A DNA stretch of 64,000 bases from Nitrososphaeria archaeon (GTDB lineage Archaea; Thermoproteota; Nitrososphaeria; JACIWG01): the NCBI GenBank assembly GCA_050011875.1, contig JBEKIG010000002.1, positions 66,822-130,821 on the forward strand, in the 5' to 3' direction. The number at the start of each line of letters is the position of its first letter. Position 1 is the first letter of the stretch. The translations under genes and the position numbers were made by a program. Shown piece after piece: positions 60,512 through 64,000 of the stretch. Under the pieces are notes generated by a model. The model did no database searches. It was not told where the DNA came from and saw only the letters and a list, made by a program, of their open reading frames with translations.

Positions 60512-61585
60512 ATGAAAATACTCTTCGGCGTCTGCTCGTGGGGTCTAGGGCACGCCACTCGCACCCTCCCTATAATAAGGAAGATTATTGAAGATGGCCA
60601 CGAGGTCACAGTGGTCTCGAGCGGGAGAGCCCTGAGCATGCTGAAACAGGAGCTTGGCCCCGGCCCCAGCTTCGCGCGGCTGGATGACTACCATCCGCCG
60701 GGGACCTTGAACCCGAGTTACCTGACCGTGGGCACGCTGCTCCGTTTCCCGGTCTACGTCACCGCGATGTTACACGAACATGACTTCGTCAGGAGGTTGC
60801 TCGCGCGGAGGAAGGTGGACGTGATCTTCTCAGACAATCGCTTCGGCTTTTACTCCCGTGAAATAGCAAGCTTCTTCATGACCCATCAGCTCAGGATCTT
60901 GAACCCCCTCGGCGTCGGCGTCCTCGAGGACGGGACCGAGATCTACAACAAGTACTTCCTCGACCGATACACCGGCATCCTAGTGCCCGACTTCGAGGAG
61001 GACGGCCTGGCGGGCAGGCTCGACCACGGCCTCTCCATCATTGACGAGAAGCGCCTGAACTACATCGGCGTGCTGTCCGAATTCAGCTATCATCCCGCCG
61101 TCGAGGACGTGGATGTCTTCGTCTCCATCTCCGGCCCCGAGCCTCAGAGGAGCGCCTTCGAGGGCCTGGTCCGCAAGCAGCTGGACGACTTTGAAGGGAG
61201 GGTTGTGGTGTCGCTGGGCAAACCAGAGGACAACGGTCACATGGTACACAACCTCAAAGGCTATCTGGAGAGGGATGAAAGGGAGGAGCTGCTCAACCGG
61301 TCGAAGATCGTCGTCGCCAGGTCCGGCTATTCCACCCTGATGGACCTCTGCTCTCTAAGGAAGAGGGGGTTCCTGATCCCCACGCCGGGACAGGTGGAGC
61401 AGGAGTACTTAGCCAAGTACCACATGGAGAGGAGGAACTTCTACAGCGTCCGAGAGAGGGAGCTGGACTTCAAGGCGCAGCTGGAGGAGGCCCTCTCATT
61501 CCGCTCACCTAAGCTGAAGTATCCGACTGACAGGGCTGTGGAGAAGGCCGTCGACGTCATCACCGGGACGGCCCGAAGCGCCTGA
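60512..61585 (+). CDS. GT-B glycosyltransferase, MJ1255/MurG-like family
   Basis: The N-terminus MKILFGVCSWGLGHATR is present, and the C-terminal half is typical of GT28-C/UDP-glycosyltransferase-like domains. Confidence 0.55.
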   Translation: MKILFGVCSWGLGHATRTLPIIRKIIEDGHEVTVVSSGRALSMLKQELGPGPSFARLDDYHPPGTLNPSYLTVGTLLRFPVYVTAMLHEHDFVRRLLARRKVDVIFSDNRFGFYSREIASFFMTHQLRILNPLGVGVLEDGTEIYNKYFLDRYTGILVPDFEEDGLAGRLDHGLSIIDEKRLNYIGVLSEFSYHPAVEDVDVFVSISGPEPQRSAFEGLVRKQLDDFEGRVVVSLGKPEDNGHMVHNLKGYLERDEREELLNRSKIVVARSGYSTLMDLCSLRKRGFLIPTPGQVEQEYLAKYHMERRNFYSVRERELDFKAQLEEALSFRSPKLKYPTDRAVEKAVDVITGTARSA

Positions 61586-61590
61586 TCTCC

Positions 61591-62556
61591 CTATATGAGG
61601 CTGTCCACATAGGGCCTAAGGGCTGAGATACCGCTTCTAAGGGAGATGAACGAATCAGTCGCGAAGTACTGATACCAATGGCAGTCGATGTCGCAACTCT
61701 TCATCTTTTCCCTGCATTCTCTGGCCCTCTCCGTGCCCAGGAATCCCATAAGGGGCTCCTCCGACGCGTCGATGCTTTTCTCCATCAACGTCCTGCAGGG
61801 ATAGTAGAGCCGTCCATCGGCGTCGATGATGATCGAAGCAGCGTTGCAGCTGTGTGGGACCTCAAGGGTCCTCAGGTACTTGTCGGTGGTGATGATGGTC
61901 CCCGGATACTCGTTCTTGAGCCGTAGGACCTCATCCCTGAAGACCCTGGTGTCCGGCAGGAAGTCCTCGGTCCCTGGAATGTGGCAGGCTGGCATTACGA
62001 CAGCCTTGGCGCCGGCGTCGTGGCATTTCCTAATCTTGGACTCCAGTGTCTGGAGGTACTCCTTCATCACCACGATTTGCACGCAGACGATGGGACCCCA
62101 GGACGCGAACTCTTGAAGGGATTCGTAGAGGTCGAGGTTTCTGTGGCCTTCGTCTATGCTAACGTGGAGGAAGTCAATGTACTTGGCGTACTCCTTCATG
62201 GGCCTCCTGTCGAAGAGCTTCCCGCTCGAAGTGAAGAGGAGGTAGAGGGGCTTGGTCCGGGCGTATTCGAGCACCTCGCCGATGTCGGGCCTCAGCAGAG
62301 GCTCCCCGCCCTCCAAGCTGAGGAGGACGACGCTGGAGTTCGCGACGTTGTCGATGACCTTGAGCAACTTCTCAGTGGGCATATCAGGCGTCTGGGACCT
62401 CCATACGTTACAGAACTCGCAGCGAGAGTCGCATCGCTGTAGGACCTTGAATGAGCAGTAGAACGGAAAGCGGAAGTCCTTTGCCGTGTAGTCGGCGTAG
62501 GCATACCTGAGCGTGACAATGTACTTGCTGGCTGGCAGGTGCCTAATTCGTGACAT
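61591..62556 (-). CDS. Radical SAM enzyme with a SPASM/twitch-like C-terminal Cys domain
   Basis: The CDSRCEFCN (CxxxCxxC) and GGEPLL motifs are present, together with C-terminal Cys clusters CNAAS..YYPC and C..C..C. It is convergent with the glycosyltransferase, with a 5-nt gap. Confidence 0.7.
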   Translation of the reverse strand: MSRIRHLPASKYIVTLRYAYADYTAKDFRFPFYCSFKVLQRCDSRCEFCNVWRSQTPDMPTEKLLKVIDNVANSSVVLLSLEGGEPLLRPDIGEVLEYARTKPLYLLFTSSGKLFDRRPMKEYAKYIDFLHVSIDEGHRNLDLYESLQEFASWGPIVCVQIVVMKEYLQTLESKIRKCHDAGAKAVVMPACHIPGTEDFLPDTRVFRDEVLRLKNEYPGTIITTDKYLRTLEVPHSCNAASIIIDADGRLYYPCRTLMEKSIDASEEPLMGFLGTERARECREKMKSCDIDCHWYQYFATDSFISLRSGISALRPYVDSLI

Positions 62557-62768
62557 GGTGACCCTGATATCCTTGCACTTTAAAAAGAATTGCGCCGCAG
62601 AAGCGAGTCGTAGATGAAGACGAGCCTCTTGGCCACCTTCCCTATGTCGTGGGAATCCAATGTCGCCTGTCCCTCTCGGGCCAAGGACTCTGACAGATCA
62701 TCATCCCCCCGTGGTCGTCACAGGGCCGTCACGAAGTCGGCCGCAGAGTCCCCCAAAAGTCGGAAGTG

Positions 62769-63896
62769 TTATAATTGGATAGTTATTCGTTTACCCTCTT
62801 CTGCTGACTTAAGAATCGAATCTACTATTACGCAATTTCTGTAACCATCTTCGAAACTAGCACCGTATGGCTCTATTTTCTTATCATTAACGATAGCATC
62901 GATGAAATGATGTATTTCACCAATATAGGTCTCACCGAAGCCTATCATAAAGCCAGTTGGCCAGAGTTGCTGGATTCCCGTCTGATTTTTATCTGGGAAT
63001 AGAATTTTTGCCTCACCTTCAGTAGCATAAAAGAGTAGTTCGTTAATTTTTTCCATGTCAAACATAAGTGAACCTTTTTCACCATTTATTTCAAAACTAT
63101 TATAATTTTTTCTACCAGTGACAAACTTTGAAATTTCGAGGGTTCCTAATGAACCATTTTCAAATTCGATAACAACGGCCGTTGCATCCTCAACAGTAAC
63201 TCTTCCCTTCTTAGTTGGATCTCCGATCAAGGGTCTCTCATTAATGAATGTTCTTGTAGCAGCGCTGACAGCAGACACCTCACCAAGAATGAATCTTGCC
63301 AAGTCAATAGAATGACTTCCTAAGTCACTTATTGGTCCACTTCCAGCCCTATCTTTCAACAGCCTCCATTTAAGAGGAAAATTGGGGTCAACGAGTCTAT
63401 CGGTGAAAAATCTTGCTCTGTAATGGTATATTCTTCCAAGTCTTCCAGACTTCACGATTTCTTTTGCCATTATGGCAGCTGGAATAAACCTGTAATTGAA
63501 AGCTACCATCGTTTTTACAGAAGCTTTTCTTGCGGCATCACGCATTAATTTAGCTTCTTGACTATTCCTTCCCAAAGGTTTTTCGCATAACACATTTTTC
63601 CCAGCTTCAATAGCTTCGATTGAAGGCTCTTCATGCATATCATTAGGTAGAGAATTGTCGACCAAATCCACATCAGGACTTTTCACTACAGATTTCCAGT
63701 TAGTTGTATAGTTCCTGAACCCATAGTTTTCAGCGGCTTCTTTTAACTTAGATTCAGTTCTACCGAATATGATAGAGAGGTCAGGCACAGCCGGAGGTGG
63801 CCAAAAAAAATGAGGCATTATTTTATAAGCGAATGAATGCGTCTTACCCATAAAAGCATAACCTAACATCCCCACGCCTATTTTCTTAACCGTCAT
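62769..63896 (-). CDS. Gfo/Idh/MocA-family NAD(P)-dependent oxidoreductase
   Basis: The N-terminal Rossmann motif IGVGMLGYAFMG and EKP motif are present, with the C-terminal alpha/beta domain. Confidence 0.7.
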   Translation of the reverse strand: MTVKKIGVGMLGYAFMGKTHSFAYKIMPHFFWPPPAVPDLSIIFGRTESKLKEAAENYGFRNYTTNWKSVVKSPDVDLVDNSLPNDMHEEPSIEAIEAGKNVLCEKPLGRNSQEAKLMRDAARKASVKTMVAFNYRFIPAAIMAKEIVKSGRLGRIYHYRARFFTDRLVDPNFPLKWRLLKDRAGSGPISDLGSHSIDLARFILGEVSAVSAATRTFINERPLIGDPTKKGRVTVEDATAVVIEFENGSLGTLEISKFVTGRKNYNSFEINGEKGSLMFDMEKINELLFYATEGEAKILFPDKNQTGIQQLWPTGFMIGFGETYIGEIHHFIDAIVNDKKIEPYGASFEDGYRNCVIVDSILKSAEEGKRITIQL

Positions 63897-64000
63897 AAAC
63901 TCTGTAACAACTCGATGAAGTATATAAATTTGTTTGGAATTCTAATCTAAAATATACTTACACACTATTTCCATCATCTTTTAAAGGTTGTTCGTTTTTC

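Larger units (their letters stand above)
60241..62760. other. Compositionally foreign island (about 60% GC against a roughly 35% background) carrying a glycosyltransferase and a radical SAM gene
   Basis: There are abrupt composition breaks near 60240 and 62760. Codon third positions inside the island are almost all G or C. Confidence 0.6.

Noticed and set aside
62614-62844. A 76 aa ORF spanning the island boundary.
   Set aside because: It crosses a compositional junction and overlaps the oxidoreductase gene's 3' end on the other strand. It is most likely spurious.
1-64000. CRISPR array.
   Set aside because: No regularly spaced direct repeats of 24 to 40 bp were seen anywhere in the window.

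Overview
This is a 64 kb AT-rich (about 35% GC) chromosomal segment. The gene content looks archaeal: a TrpB2-type tryptophan synthase, a TRASH-domain protein, AbrB-like small proteins, an MJ1255-family glycosyltransferase and monofunctional his genes. Almost all coding is on the minus strand in the first 24 kb.

Core content:
- A complete, tightly overlapping histidine operon at 15.5-23.5 kb, in the order hisG-hisD-hisC-HAD-hisB-hisH-hisA-hisF-hisI. It includes an embedded HAD phosphatase and an unusual HisI-phosphoribosyltransferase (PRTase) fusion. No hisE is apparent.
- leuCD, adenylate kinase, the alpha subunit of ADP-forming acetyl-CoA synthetase, and a class II aldolase.
- A serine/glycerate module with two tandem MOFRL glycerate-kinase paralogues, an aminotransferase and a hydroxyacid dehydrogenase.
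- A large Ser/Thr/Gly-rich surface protein.
- TrpB2 translationally coupled to a ParB/sulfiredoxin-fold protein.
- One tRNA-Cys(GCA).

Accessory and variable content:
- An IS6-family element whose transposase carries an N-terminal zinc finger, plus an adjacent cassette of three small genes.
- A type IIG restriction-modification gene interrupted by an in-frame stop.
- A roughly 2 kb gene-decay zone at 46.7-48.9 kb with repeated palindromic 45-bp units and gene fragments.
- A sharply delimited 2.5 kb island of about 60% GC (60.24-62.76 kb) carrying a glycosyltransferase and a radical-SAM/SPASM enzyme. This looks like recent horizontal transfer or, less likely, an assembly chimera.

No CRISPR array or rRNA gene was seen. 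All functional calls rest on motif recognition by eye, not on database searches.
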